NCBI GenBank assembly: GCA_963666275.2
Contig: CAXXOA010000002.1
Coordinates: 864,001-928,000 of the forward strand
Source of the DNA: Oceanispirochaeta sp.
GTDB lineage: Bacteria > Spirochaetota > Spirochaetia > DSM-2461
DNA length: 64,000 nt
Direction of reading: 5' to 3'
Part shown: positions 1 through 9,358 of the stretch, piece by piece
Numbering within the stretch: the first letter of the stretch is position 1
How the letters are laid out: every line of letters starts with the position of its first letter
Position numbers and translations under genes: made by a program
Notes under the pieces: model-generated
What the model was told of the DNA's origin: nothing
Database searches by the model: none
The model's input: only the letters and a program-made list of their open reading frames with translations

Positions 1-127
1 GGGAGGGGTAAACCTTGAGGCCGATGCTGTTCTCTTCGGCATAATCTGATAATTCTCTTGTTAGAGCCTTGATGACCTGATATTCATCATCTATTAAACA
101 AATGTATTCTTTAATGTTTTCTTTCAT
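1..127 (-). CDS. Response regulator receiver protein, N-terminal fragment (runs off window start)
   Basis: Not in the ORF track. ATG at 127 on the minus strand reads MKENIKEYICLIDDEYQVIKALTRELSDYAEENSIGLKVYPS, a receiver beta1 + acidic DDE motif. It is divergent from the kinase at 177. Confidence 0.8.
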   Translation of the reverse strand, partial: MKENIKEYICLIDDEYQVIKALTRELSDYAEENSIGLKVYPS

Positions 128-176
128 AATAGTAAAATAATATTACATTCACTATTCGGAGTCAAATTGTAAACGC

Positions 177-2015
177 ATGGAATATATTATTTATCTGATT
201 CTTTCTCCTATTGCCTTCACTGTCATGTTCATCACAATGACGGTGACCTGGAAATACAGGCATGAAAAGACCGGCCGGTCTCTGCTGATCTATTTTGCAT
301 TTGTTCTTCTTTTTCTGACTACTAATGTTTTCGAACTTATGGCTCTGAGTGAACGCTGGATGCTTACCTGGACAAAATTTCAGATCTCCTTCTACTCGCT
401 CATTCCTGTAGCCTGGGTCATGTTTGCTCTGAGGCTCACAAGATCAGAAAGCGATTTCGTCAGAAAGCTGAAATATCTTCTTCTGATTATTCCTTTCTTT
501 ACAATTCTTCTTGTCTCCGCCTATCCCCGTCTCTCTTTTTTCTACACGGGACACTCTGTCAGCCTCATAGGGCAATATTCCACACTGGATACCAGGTACG
601 GGCCTTTTTTCTGGGTTTTCGGAGCCCATGCCTATCTCCTGCTGATCGTAGGAGCCATGATCATTCTGAAATACATATACTCCGACAGCCTTTATGTCCG
701 GAGACAGGTTTTCTTTGTCTCTCTGGGAACAGCCCTTCCTCTGATGGCAAATATCCTCTATATCCTGCCACTGCCTTTTTTTACCCATAAGGATTATACT
801 CCCCTGGCCTTTTCTCTGGCGGGGCTCCTCTTTTTTATAAGCATCTACTGGCACCGCTTTCTGGAGGTCATCCCCTATGCCAGGAATATCATCATCGACG
901 AAATGGATCAGGCTCTGCTCATACTGGATCACGAAGGATCTGTGATAGATGCCAATCGGTCGTTTCTGGATCTTTTTGCTCTGGATAAGGGCATCATAGG
1001 TAAGAATGTGAATACCCTGGAACCTGTCTGGCCCTATATTGATAGGGAATACCTCTCTCAGAAAGATCTTTTTGAAGTGGTCCTGGCTATGGGGGAGAAG
1101 AGGATTACCTGCAGCGTAAGGATTAAACCGATTCTGATGGAAGGGAACAGGGAGTACGGCAGGCTCATTACTTTTTCGGATATTTCTCTTCTGGTTGGAC
1201 TCTATAATGAGAAGCTCGATCTTCTGAAAAAAATGGAAGAGACCTATCAGAAACTGAACAGTACCAAATTGCAGCTCATACACAAGGATAAACTGGCCGC
1301 CATTGGTCATATTTCTGCCGGAATGGCCCATGAAATAAAGAATCCCCTGAGCTTCCTCACAAGTAATCATCGATATCTGTATAAACAGCTCGAAAAAATG
1401 AAGAGTGATCCCGGTCTGGACGTTTATGCGGATATTCTGACAGAGATATGGGAAGTCCTGGATGATTCGGGAGAAGGAATGCAGCGAATTCTGGACGTTG
1501 TGAATAATCTTCTGGATTTCTCCCGTAAAGAGGGGGAAGATACGATGGATCATGAATTTGACCTCAATTCCGGGGTGGAAAGGACTTTGAAAATACTGAA
1601 GGGAACCATAAATCCCTCCCTGTCTGTAGAGAAAGATCTTGGAAGTTTACCCGGTATAGAATGTTTTAGCAGCGAGATCAATCAGGTTATGCTGAATCTG
1701 CTGACCAATGCTGTTCAGGCTGCCGAAGAGGAGCTGACCCCGGACTCCTCTGTGAAGGTGAAAACCTGGGCTGCAGATCAGAAGGTAGCCTTTTCTATTA
1801 CCAACACGGGAGCTCCCATAAAGGAAGAGAGCCTTAAAAAGGTTTTTGATCCATTTTTTACGACAAAAATCGCGGGGAAGGGCACCGGACTGGGGCTCAG
1901 TATAGCCTCGGATATTGTGGTTAAAAGGCATAACGGCACTATAGATATTGACCGCAGAGGCGAGTATACTGTTTTTACTGTTTCTCTTCCTGTCTTTCAG
2001 GGTGCCTGCAGATGA
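177..2015 (+). CDS. Membrane sensor histidine kinase (N-terminal 7TM, PAS, HisKA, HATPase_c)
   Basis: About 7 hydrophobic segments, PAS-like IIIDEMDQALLILD, H-box AHEIKNPL, N-box NLLTNAVQA, F-box FDPFFTTK, G2 GTGLGL. Confidence 0.95.
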   Translation: MEYIIYLILSPIAFTVMFITMTVTWKYRHEKTGRSLLIYFAFVLLFLTTNVFELMALSERWMLTWTKFQISFYSLIPVAWVMFALRLTRSESDFVRKLKYLLLIIPFFTILLVSAYPRLSFFYTGHSVSLIGQYSTLDTRYGPFFWVFGAHAYLLLIVGAMIILKYIYSDSLYVRRQVFFVSLGTALPLMANILYILPLPFFTHKDYTPLAFSLAGLLFFISIYWHRFLEVIPYARNIIIDEMDQALLILDHEGSVIDANRSFLDLFALDKGIIGKNVNTLEPVWPYIDREYLSQKDLFEVVLAMGEKRITCSVRIKPILMEGNREYGRLITFSDISLLVGLYNEKLDLLKKMEETYQKLNSTKLQLIHKDKLAAIGHISAGMAHEIKNPLSFLTSNHRYLYKQLEKMKSDPGLDVYADILTEIWEVLDDSGEGMQRILDVVNNLLDFSRKEGEDTMDHEFDLNSGVERTLKILKGTINPSLSVEKDLGSLPGIECFSSEINQVMLNLLTNAVQAAEEELTPDSSVKVKTWAADQKVAFSITNTGAPIKEESLKKVFDPFFTTKIAGKGTGLGLSIASDIVVKRHNGTIDIDRRGEYTVFTVSLPVFQGACR

Positions 2016-2116
2016 TTTACGGGGATTTGCTCTGTGATATATACTAAATACTGGTTTTCTCTTATGGGTTTTCGTTTTAAAATGCTATTAGATCAACCAT
2101 TAAGGACATTGTAAAC

Positions 2117-3820
2117 ATGGATTATTTCCTTTATATGATCCTTTCACCGATCGCTTTTGCCGTCGTCTTTATAACTATAACGGTAACCTGGAAATTCAGG
2201 CATGAAAGGATAGGCCAGGCGCTGCTGGTCTATTTTCTGCTGGTTATCCTGTTTCTGGTGACAAATGTCTTTGAGCTTCTGGCCGAATCCGAATCCTGGA
2301 TGCTGATCTGGACAAAGCTTCAGATCTCTTTCAACTCCCTTATTCCTGTGGCCTGGGTTGTGTTTGCTCTGAGCCTGACCCGTTCAGAAAGCCCGTTTAT
2401 AAAGAAGCTGATTTTCCTGCTGCTGATTATTCCTTTTTTTACAATCATCCTGGTTTCCTCCTATCCTCTGAACCATTTTTTCTACACAGGCCACTCAGTT
2501 GTAGAAGTGGATATCTATTCGACTCTGGATACGGATTATGCACCCTTTTTCTGGGTATTCGGCACCCATGAATACACCCTGCTCATTGCAGGAGCCATTC
2601 TCATTCTGAAGAATATACGTTCGGAGAATATTATATTCAGGAGACAGTCCCTATTTATTACTCTGGGGACGGCAGCTCCTCTTGCTGCCAATCTTATCTA
2701 TATTCTTCCCCTTCCTTTTCTGTCTCATAAAGATTTCACACCCCTTGCCTTTGCTCTGTCGGGTCTTTTTTTCTTCATCTGCATTTACTGGGAGAGATTC
2801 CTTGAAATCATTCCCTTCAGCCGAAATCTGATTGTTGATGAGATGGATCAGGGGCTGCTGATTGTGGATCCCAACGGGGTTGTGGTCGATGCCAACAGAT
2901 CGTTTCTCTCTCTTTTTTCTCTGGAGGCACCGGACATCCTCGGTAAAAGTCTGAGCACTGTCTCTCCAGTCTGGGATATAATCATGGAACCCTATCTGCT
3001 GAAGAAGCCGGTTTCTGAAGTCATAGTGTCCAGGGGAGAGAATAGAATTACCTGCAGTGTCATGATCAAACCGGTGATGCTCCGTAAAAATACCGAATAT
3101 GGAGTCCTTCTCATGTTTACAGATATCTCTCTCCTGGTGGGGCTTTACGATGAAAAACTGGATATGCTCAGAAAGATCGAGGATTCCAACAAAAGACTGG
3201 AAGGCGCGAAACTTCAGCTTATCGAAAAAGAGAATCAGGTAGCCCTGGGGAATCTGGCATCGGGAATCATTGCTGAACTGAGAGATCAGGTTTTAAAAGG
3301 AGAGGAGCTGAAGGGAGAAGCCCGTTCCAGAACACTGGAGGTCTTCAGCAATTTCCTTTACCTGGCTGATCATGATAAAGAGGATCCGGAAGGTTATGAT
3401 ATGAATGGGGCCTTAAAAAAGATTCTGGATCTGCTGATCCTCTGGCTTAAACCGTCTTTTCCCGTAGACACATCCCTGGGGGATCTGCCGTCTATAGGAT
3501 TCTGTGGAAACAAAGTGAATCAGATCCTTCTGGCTCTTCTTGTGTATGCCCTAAAGGCGGCAGAAAGGCTGGAGAAATCAGAAAAAAAAGTTCTTATACA
3601 AACCTGGAGAGATGATTCCTCTGTATTCTGTTCTATTTCCCATACAGGGCAGTTTCTTGATCTCTCCCGTCCCGGAGAGGCATGGCAGCAGAACGATGTT
3701 TCCGATCTGATCAGTACTCTGGAAATAATAAAAAAACACTACAATGGAACCTTTGATCTGGGATACCAGGACAGGATGGCCGTGTTCACCCTGTCTCTGC
3801 CTGTCAGAACAAAGGAGTGA
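2117..3820 (+). CDS. Paralogous 7TM-PAS sensor with degenerate (pseudo) kinase core
   Basis: N-terminal ~370 aa are colinear with 177..2015. H-box replaced by IIAELRDQV, N-box by ALLVYALKA, and the F and G2 boxes are absent. The ORF is intact. Confidence 0.85.
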   Translation: MDYFLYMILSPIAFAVVFITITVTWKFRHERIGQALLVYFLLVILFLVTNVFELLAESESWMLIWTKLQISFNSLIPVAWVVFALSLTRSESPFIKKLIFLLLIIPFFTIILVSSYPLNHFFYTGHSVVEVDIYSTLDTDYAPFFWVFGTHEYTLLIAGAILILKNIRSENIIFRRQSLFITLGTAAPLAANLIYILPLPFLSHKDFTPLAFALSGLFFFICIYWERFLEIIPFSRNLIVDEMDQGLLIVDPNGVVVDANRSFLSLFSLEAPDILGKSLSTVSPVWDIIMEPYLLKKPVSEVIVSRGENRITCSVMIKPVMLRKNTEYGVLLMFTDISLLVGLYDEKLDMLRKIEDSNKRLEGAKLQLIEKENQVALGNLASGIIAELRDQVLKGEELKGEARSRTLEVFSNFLYLADHDKEDPEGYDMNGALKKILDLLILWLKPSFPVDTSLGDLPSIGFCGNKVNQILLALLVYALKAAERLEKSEKKVLIQTWRDDSSVFCSISHTGQFLDLSRPGEAWQQNDVSDLISTLEIIKKHYNGTFDLGYQDRMAVFTLSLPVRTKE

Positions 3821-3835
3821 AGAGAGCCTTCGTTT

Positions 3836-5110
3836 TCATTCGCAAATGACAGGAAACCTTAAGATCACCCTGGTCCCCGAGGGAGAAAGATTTGTCACTT
3901 CCATCTTCCCTTTGTGAGCCTCTGTTATGGTTTTAACTATACTGAATCCCAGACCGAATCCCCCCTCTATTCTTGTTCCGCTTCTTGAGCTGTCTGCCAG
4001 CAGAAAAGGTTCTCCCAAACGGTGGATCAGATCGTCCGGAATGCCGGGGCCATTGTCTGAAACCTCTATCAGGAATTCCTTTTGCTGCCGGGATAATGTG
4101 ATATCAATGTCAGAACCCGGAGCATGCCTGAGAGCATTTTCTACAATACTTCTCATAGCCAGTTCCAGTCTCTCTTTGTCCATGAAGGCTGGGAAGGGGG
4201 AATCGCAGGTGGATCTGAATGTTACAGGAAGCTGTCTGGTATTATAGGATTTACAGAAATTTTCCAGCCATTCTGTTGGATTAAACTCTTTTTTTATAAG
4301 AAGTCCCGGCTGAGTCCGGAGGCGGCTCTGCTCCAGAAGTTTCTCTGTCAGGCTGTTAAGGCTGTCTATTTCCTCAATAAGTGACTGTTTCAGCTCCTGA
4401 TTCTCCATGAATTCAAGGGCTACTTTCATTCTGGTTAACGGGCTTCTGTATTCATGGCTGACCGCTCTGATCAGAGCGTGGATGGAATCTATATACTGTT
4501 CTATCCTGTCGGCCATCCTGTCCATTTCGCGGCCCAGTATGGCCAGCTCGTCATCTCCCCGGGGAGTCACTCTGTGTTTCCAGTGATCCACGCCGAACTC
4601 CAGGGCTGTCTCTGTCATTTTTCTAAGAGGTTTCAGCAGCTGCCTTACTGAGATATAGCTGAAGCCTATGCTGAAAATAAGGAAAATCCCCAGTATAAAG
4701 GTGTTGAAGAGTGTAATCCGGATATCTGAATGATAGTCTCTGTACTGATAGGAAAATTTTCCTCTTTCAATGTGTACGGAGTAATCAACCAGGTCATGTA
4801 AATAAAGAAAAAGTCCGCTGAACTCCTCTTCTTCATCATGGGTACTCCAATGGACTCCCGGCCCGGTTATCGTTATTTCCAATCCGGAGTCATAGTATAT
4901 TTTTTCTGCCTTTTCCAGATCGGGCGGGGTGCCAATCGAGTCGGTTAGCAGTTCGGAAAAGAGGGCCAGATTCAGGGACGAGATACTGTAGTTCCTTGTG
5001 GATGAAGAGGACTGCCTGAACAGAATCAGTCCTGAAATGAGAAGGCAGAGGGTGGTAAGGTAGATTATGATGAGACGGGAGAAAACTGATTTCCGGATTC
5101 TCTTTTTCAT
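3836..5110 (-). CDS. HAMP-domain sensor histidine kinase (EnvZ/CpxA-like)
   Basis: Two TM segments, HAMP (DELAILGREMDRMA), H-box SHEYRSPL, ENALRHA, DNGPGI, GFGLG. Overlaps the upstream regulator by 4 bp. Confidence 0.95.
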   Translation of the reverse strand: MKKRIRKSVFSRLIIIYLTTLCLLISGLILFRQSSSSTRNYSISSLNLALFSELLTDSIGTPPDLEKAEKIYYDSGLEITITGPGVHWSTHDEEEEFSGLFLYLHDLVDYSVHIERGKFSYQYRDYHSDIRITLFNTFILGIFLIFSIGFSYISVRQLLKPLRKMTETALEFGVDHWKHRVTPRGDDELAILGREMDRMADRIEQYIDSIHALIRAVSHEYRSPLTRMKVALEFMENQELKQSLIEEIDSLNSLTEKLLEQSRLRTQPGLLIKKEFNPTEWLENFCKSYNTRQLPVTFRSTCDSPFPAFMDKERLELAMRSIVENALRHAPGSDIDITLSRQQKEFLIEVSDNGPGIPDDLIHRLGEPFLLADSSRSGTRIEGGFGLGFSIVKTITEAHKGKMEVTNLSPSGTRVILRFPVICE

Positions 5111-5811
5111 TGAACTGTTCCGGTGAAAACATAACCAAAGCCGTGGATCGACTGAATATAACGGGGGGCTCTGGCATTCTCTCCGAGTTTTGCCCGGAGA
5201 CGGCTGATTACAATATCAATAGACCTGCTATAGCTGGAGGCATCTCCTCCCTGAATAACCTGTGCAATTTCATCCCGGCTTAATTTCTTGCCGGGATTCT
5301 TCAGGAAAAGCAGGAGTAATTCATACTCCATGGATGTCAGATCCAGGGGCGTCTCCCTGAGGATGACTCTGCGTTCGGTCGGGTAAATGATCAGGTCCCC
5401 TGATTTCAGCGGCCCTTCCTGGTTTTCCCTGTTCTCTCCGTCCGGGGGAGTATAGGACCTCCGTAGGATCGAGTTGATTCTGCTGACTAGTTCCCTCGGG
5501 TCAAAGGGTTTGCTCATATAGTCGTCTGCCCCCAGTTCCAGTCCCAGAATTTTATCGGTTGAGTCTCCTCTGGCCGAAAGCATCAGTATGGGGAGGTCAC
5601 TTGTCTGCCGTATTTGCCTGCAGACTTCGAAACCATCCATACCGGGCATCTGAATATCAAGGATCACAATATCGGGCCGGATTTGAGCCAGGTTTTCCAG
5701 GGCTTGCCGGGGATCTGTTTCCGTCTCAGCGGAAATCCTGTATCGGGGGAGGTATTCGGAGAGCAGTTTCAGAAGCTTTGTATCATCATCAATTATGAGT
5801 ACCCGGGGCAA
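5107..5811 (-). CDS. OmpR/CpxR-family DNA-binding response regulator
   Basis: IIDDD, LDIQMP, GADDYMSKPF and winged-helix RSIDIVISRLRAKL...GFGY. TTG start with a GGAGG RBS. Confidence 0.95.
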   Translation of the reverse strand: MPRVLIIDDDTKLLKLLSEYLPRYRISAETETDPRQALENLAQIRPDIVILDIQMPGMDGFEVCRQIRQTSDLPILMLSARGDSTDKILGLELGADDYMSKPFDPRELVSRINSILRRSYTPPDGENRENQEGPLKSGDLIIYPTERRVILRETPLDLTSMEYELLLLFLKNPGKKLSRDEIAQVIQGGDASSYSRSIDIVISRLRAKLGENARAPRYIQSIHGFGYVFTGTVQ

Positions 5812-5868
5812 TTTTCCCTCCTCATGCAGAGAATAGAAACAGGTTAATCAGGGGAATCCTTCTATTGT

Positions 5869-5904
5869 TACAATTTAATACAATTTTTTACAGTATTGTA
5901 AAGT
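5869..5904. promoter_or_regulatory. Four direct repeats at 10-bp spacing, candidate OmpR/CpxR-type operator
   Basis: TACAAT 5869, TACAAT 5879, TACAGT 5889, TAAAGT 5899. The minus strand reads GTAAA-N5-GTATT-N5-GTAAC. Confidence 0.7.
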
Positions 5905-5936
5905 TATCTCCAATTTCATTGATTACACTTTTAAAC

Positions 5937-6452
5937 ATGAAAAAGAATCTATGTATTTCCATCATTCTGCTTACCCTCCTTCCCGTTTTCGGATTTTCTC
6001 AGGTCCCGGAGACGGGAGTGATGCCGGTAACAGAAACTCTTGAGGTTTCAGAACTGTTTGTCCAGCCCGAAGGTTTCGGCTGGGGGAACGACGGAGACAA
6101 TCTGGCTCTGTACTCGACCCTCGGTACTATTCACAAGGTTCTGGGGTATTCCGCTGTTCTGGCGGGTATTTCAGCAGGGGTATTCAATCCGGCTGTTGTG
6201 AGTAAGAGTATTCATACCACTCTGGGAGCCGGCGCTGCTGCATTGAGTGCTGCCACAATGGGCATGGGATTTGTTGTCTACAGCGGCGTATTTTCTCCCG
6301 ATGACGGGGTGGATTCCAATATGGTCCATGCCATCCTGGGGATTACCGGGGGAACAATGATGGTCATCACACCCCTTCTGGGAGGTACCGCCCATAAGGT
6401 TGTCGGTATCACAGGAACTGCGGTTATGGGTCTTTCTGTAGCTGCCAAGTGA
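5937..6452 (+). CDS. Membrane protein with signal peptide and four His-led hydrophobic helices
   Basis: Likely start ATG 5937 (MKKNLC). Helices begin HKVLG, HTTLG, HAILG and HKVVG. Confidence 0.75.
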   Translation: MKKNLCISIILLTLLPVFGFSQVPETGVMPVTETLEVSELFVQPEGFGWGNDGDNLALYSTLGTIHKVLGYSAVLAGISAGVFNPAVVSKSIHTTLGAGAAALSAATMGMGFVVYSGVFSPDDGVDSNMVHAILGITGGTMMVITPLLGGTAHKVVGITGTAVMGLSVAAK

Positions 6453-6488
6453 GTTTATTAAAAAATAAAGATATTTCAGGAGCAAAAT

Positions 6489-7004
6489 ATGAAAAGAATT
6501 ATTACTATTTTAGTCATTTTAACGGGTCTGCTCGTTCTGGCAGGAGCCGCCTCTTCCTCACGGAATGAAGTCGCTCTTCTCTATCATGGTATCAGCGGCG
6601 TAAACAAGGAAGCCATGAATCATCTGAGGCAGGAGGTTAAAAAGCAGGGCGCGAATTTTGATTTCAAACCTGTTAGTGTCACATCCTCGTTTAATCCGGA
6701 AGACTTCAAAGCCGTCGTTATTCTGAATACAGGGCAGGCTGATGGGATTGATCCTGCCATTTCAGATTTTCTTTCTGCTCATTCAGGCTTGTCCCGGATG
6801 ATCCTTGTGAATCTTATTAAAGGCAGTCAGGAGTATAAGGTCGATGTTCTTGCACCTTCTGATGCTACAGGTGGAGTGGATGCGGTGTCCGCATCATCCC
6901 TCTGGAAAGCACCCGGCCTGGGAGGATTCAAAAAGAAAGCTGAAATCCGGGCTATGCACGATGAATGGACCGGGATTGTCTTCGATATGCTTGAAAAGGA
7001 ATAG
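6489..7004 (+). CDS. Exported flavodoxin-like alpha/beta protein
   Basis: AGGAG RBS, signal peptide, alternating beta/alpha pattern (VALLY, FKAVVIL, MILVNL) and VDAVSASS motif. The fold is inferred. Confidence 0.65.
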   Translation: MKRIITILVILTGLLVLAGAASSSRNEVALLYHGISGVNKEAMNHLRQEVKKQGANFDFKPVSVTSSFNPEDFKAVVILNTGQADGIDPAISDFLSAHSGLSRMILVNLIKGSQEYKVDVLAPSDATGGVDAVSASSLWKAPGLGGFKKKAEIRAMHDEWTGIVFDMLEKE

Positions 7005-7018
7005 AGGGGAGGCGCTCA

Positions 7019-8311
7019 ATGGCTGGAATCTTTATTCTCTATCTGCTGATCCCTGTTTACCAGGTTATAGTCTATACGGGACTTCAGTTTGAGCTGCTTC
7101 CCATGGATGTGGTCAACTATGCGCTCTCCATATCGGCATTCTACTGGATGATGGGGAACCTTCTCATGGCTTCTAAACTGCCAGTCCTCGACCGTCTCAT
7201 TTCCTACGATCAAAGGATAAGGCTCCATATTTTTTCCTCTGCGGGGATTACTGTGGCTGTGGCTTATCATGGGCTGTATAAGATTCTGATGGGATATGCT
7301 CTGGCTCCGGTATCTATGCTCCTTCTGATGGGATTTACCGGCCTTGTCCTGACTTCCGTACATTGGATACCTCTGCCGGGCTTAAAGGCTTTCCGCAGTT
7401 TTGTCATCCGCAGGATCAGGCATAATGTGGAAAAGGATTATGACAGAACAAAAACTCTGCATTCCTTGCTTGTTCTGGCAATCGGCGGTCTTGTTTTTTT
7501 TCATGTGGCCGGAGCAGGCGTTTTTACCGAGACACCTCTGATCTCTTCTCTGCTCTATCTTCTTATTTATCTCTCTGCTATGGGAATCTTCCTGTACAGC
7601 AGGTATCTGAGAAAACCGGTAGCAGCCCGTATCCTCACTGTCGTCGCAAATGGAGATCTCCTTGTGATTGAAGGGGAAACAGAAAAGGATATCCCCTACC
7701 TGCCCGGGCAATTCGCCTTTCTGGGGATGAAAAATGAAAAGGGGAAATGGATTGAACACCCTTTTTCCTTCCTATCCAGTAATACCAGGGATTCCTCGGA
7801 GAAAAAGCAGAAACAGATAGTCAGTTTTGCTGTAAAGATGGTGGGAGATTTTACAAAGAATCTTTCTCTTTTGAAATCCGGTGATCAGGTCCGAATCAGA
7901 GGAGCTTTCGGCGGGTTCCGGCCGGAGCTGGGGGAAAAGGCCTGCCTTATTGGCTCGGGAATCGGGATTGTTCCGATTCTGAGCATTCTCAGAGGGCTGA
8001 AAAAGGAAGATTCCGATAAGACGGAACTTCAGGTTTTTCTGGCCGTGAACCGGCAGGAGGAGATTCCGGAAAAAGACGAGATTCTGAAAATTTCAAAGGA
8101 TATGCCGGGCGTTCAGATCAATTTGCTTGTCAATCAGGAAGACGGAATACTTTTTTCGGATGACTATTTTAAAGGGAAACTTCCTGATCCGAAAGATTTT
8201 CACTACTACATCTGTTCATCCCCGGGAGTCAGAAAAATCCTTCTTGGAATACTCAAAAGATTCGGTATCTCCGGTAAAGCTATTCATTATGAAGCTTTTT
8301 CTTTCGGCTGA
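7019..8311 (+). CDS. Ferric reductase/NOX-like flavocytochrome (heme-b TM domain + FAD + NAD(P)H domains)
   Basis: Two H-x13-H pairs in TM helices, PGQF, HPFS, GDFT, GSGIGIVP and C-terminal HYEAFSF. Confidence 0.9.
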   Translation: MAGIFILYLLIPVYQVIVYTGLQFELLPMDVVNYALSISAFYWMMGNLLMASKLPVLDRLISYDQRIRLHIFSSAGITVAVAYHGLYKILMGYALAPVSMLLLMGFTGLVLTSVHWIPLPGLKAFRSFVIRRIRHNVEKDYDRTKTLHSLLVLAIGGLVFFHVAGAGVFTETPLISSLLYLLIYLSAMGIFLYSRYLRKPVAARILTVVANGDLLVIEGETEKDIPYLPGQFAFLGMKNEKGKWIEHPFSFLSSNTRDSSEKKQKQIVSFAVKMVGDFTKNLSLLKSGDQVRIRGAFGGFRPELGEKACLIGSGIGIVPILSILRGLKKEDSDKTELQVFLAVNRQEEIPEKDEILKISKDMPGVQINLLVNQEDGILFSDDYFKGKLPDPKDFHYYICSSPGVRKILLGILKRFGISGKAIHYEAFSFG

Positions 8312-9298
8312 TCAGAGTCTGTCGATTATGGTGACATCGTAGAACAGTTCCCTTTTCAGGTATTCCCGGGAATCGGGCTGCTCAATGAATCCCACCAGAT
8401 TTTCCACCGCCGCCGCTCCGATTTCAGCGGTAGGCTGGGAAATAACAGAAACAGGAATTTTAAGGTAGTCAAACCATTTATTATCATCATAGGTGATTAT
8501 TTTTATTTTTGCCTGCTCTTCCGGGGGCAGATCGTTTAAGACGCTGATCACTTCATAGCATACTGCAGATGTTGCGCAAATAATTCCATCCAGCTTGTTC
8601 TCTCTGATAAAATTCTGAATGAGAGGGTAGGAATTTTCCTTGTGATAACTCAGGCTCAGTACTGCCGGAGGCTGAGGGGATTCCGCTTCCTGCTGAAATG
8701 TCTTATACCCCAGAATCCTCTGTTTTATAGTATATACCGTATCGGCGTATCCTATGAATCCAATTCTCTGAGCTCCTTTGGATTGCAGATGTCCGGCTCC
8801 CAGGTAGCTGCTGTTCAGATTGTTGATCCCTATAAACAGGAAGTTATGATTTTTATACTGCCTGTCAATCAATACAACGGGGATATCAACTGTTGCAAGC
8901 ATTTTAGGCATTTTTTCTGAAGCAATTGGCGCAAGAATCAGTCCGCTTACATTGCGGTCCAGCAGCATTTTAATATTTTTGGACTCTTTCTCTGCATCAT
9001 CCTCGGAGTCGCAGACAATAATGGAAATTCCCATGTCAAAAGCCACGGTTTCAATTGCCTTTGTGACAGAGACATAATAGTCTTCCCTGATGTCCGCGAT
9101 GATAACCCCGACATACTCTATCTGATTGCCCCGTTTGGATTTAACACCTCTGTAGTTCAGTTCCTCCATAGCTCTGATGACAGCCTCTTTGGTTTCCTGG
9201 TTCACATGCCTGGTTTTGTTAATCACATGGGAGACTGTTGTGATGGAAACACCCACTTTCTCAGCTATGGTTTTCATGGTGATATTCTTCTGCTTCAT
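8312..9298 (-). CDS. LacI-family transcriptional regulator
   Basis: HTH TMKTIAEKVGVSITTVSHVIN plus sugar-binding domain. Likely start is ATG 9298 rather than 9367. Confidence 0.93.
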   Translation of the reverse strand: MKQKNITMKTIAEKVGVSITTVSHVINKTRHVNQETKEAVIRAMEELNYRGVKSKRGNQIEYVGVIIADIREDYYVSVTKAIETVAFDMGISIIVCDSEDDAEKESKNIKMLLDRNVSGLILAPIASEKMPKMLATVDIPVVLIDRQYKNHNFLFIGINNLNSSYLGAGHLQSKGAQRIGFIGYADTVYTIKQRILGYKTFQQEAESPQPPAVLSLSYHKENSYPLIQNFIRENKLDGIICATSAVCYEVISVLNDLPPEEQAKIKIITYDDNKWFDYLKIPVSVISQPTAEIGAAAVENLVGFIEQPDSREYLKRELFYDVTIIDRL

Positions 9299-9304
9299 AG
9301 GTTC

Positions 9305-9333
9305 AATGTACCCTGAGATTCCGGGTTTGGCAA
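9305..9333 (-). promoter_or_regulatory. sigma70 promoter of the LacI gene (leaderless geometry)
   Basis: TTGCCA-17-TACATT, ending 6 nt before the ATG. No SD sequence. Confidence 0.65.
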
Positions 9334-9358
9334 GAATCAATAAAAAAATATCGTAAAA

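Noticed and set aside
444..1553. 369-aa minus-strand ORF
   Set aside because: It is antisense to the 7TM kinase and has no recognisable domain.
6450..6461. Selenocysteine readthrough at TGA-GTT-TAT-TAA
   Set aside because: There is no SECIS-like hairpin downstream and no redox-motif context. A plain stop or point mutation is simpler.
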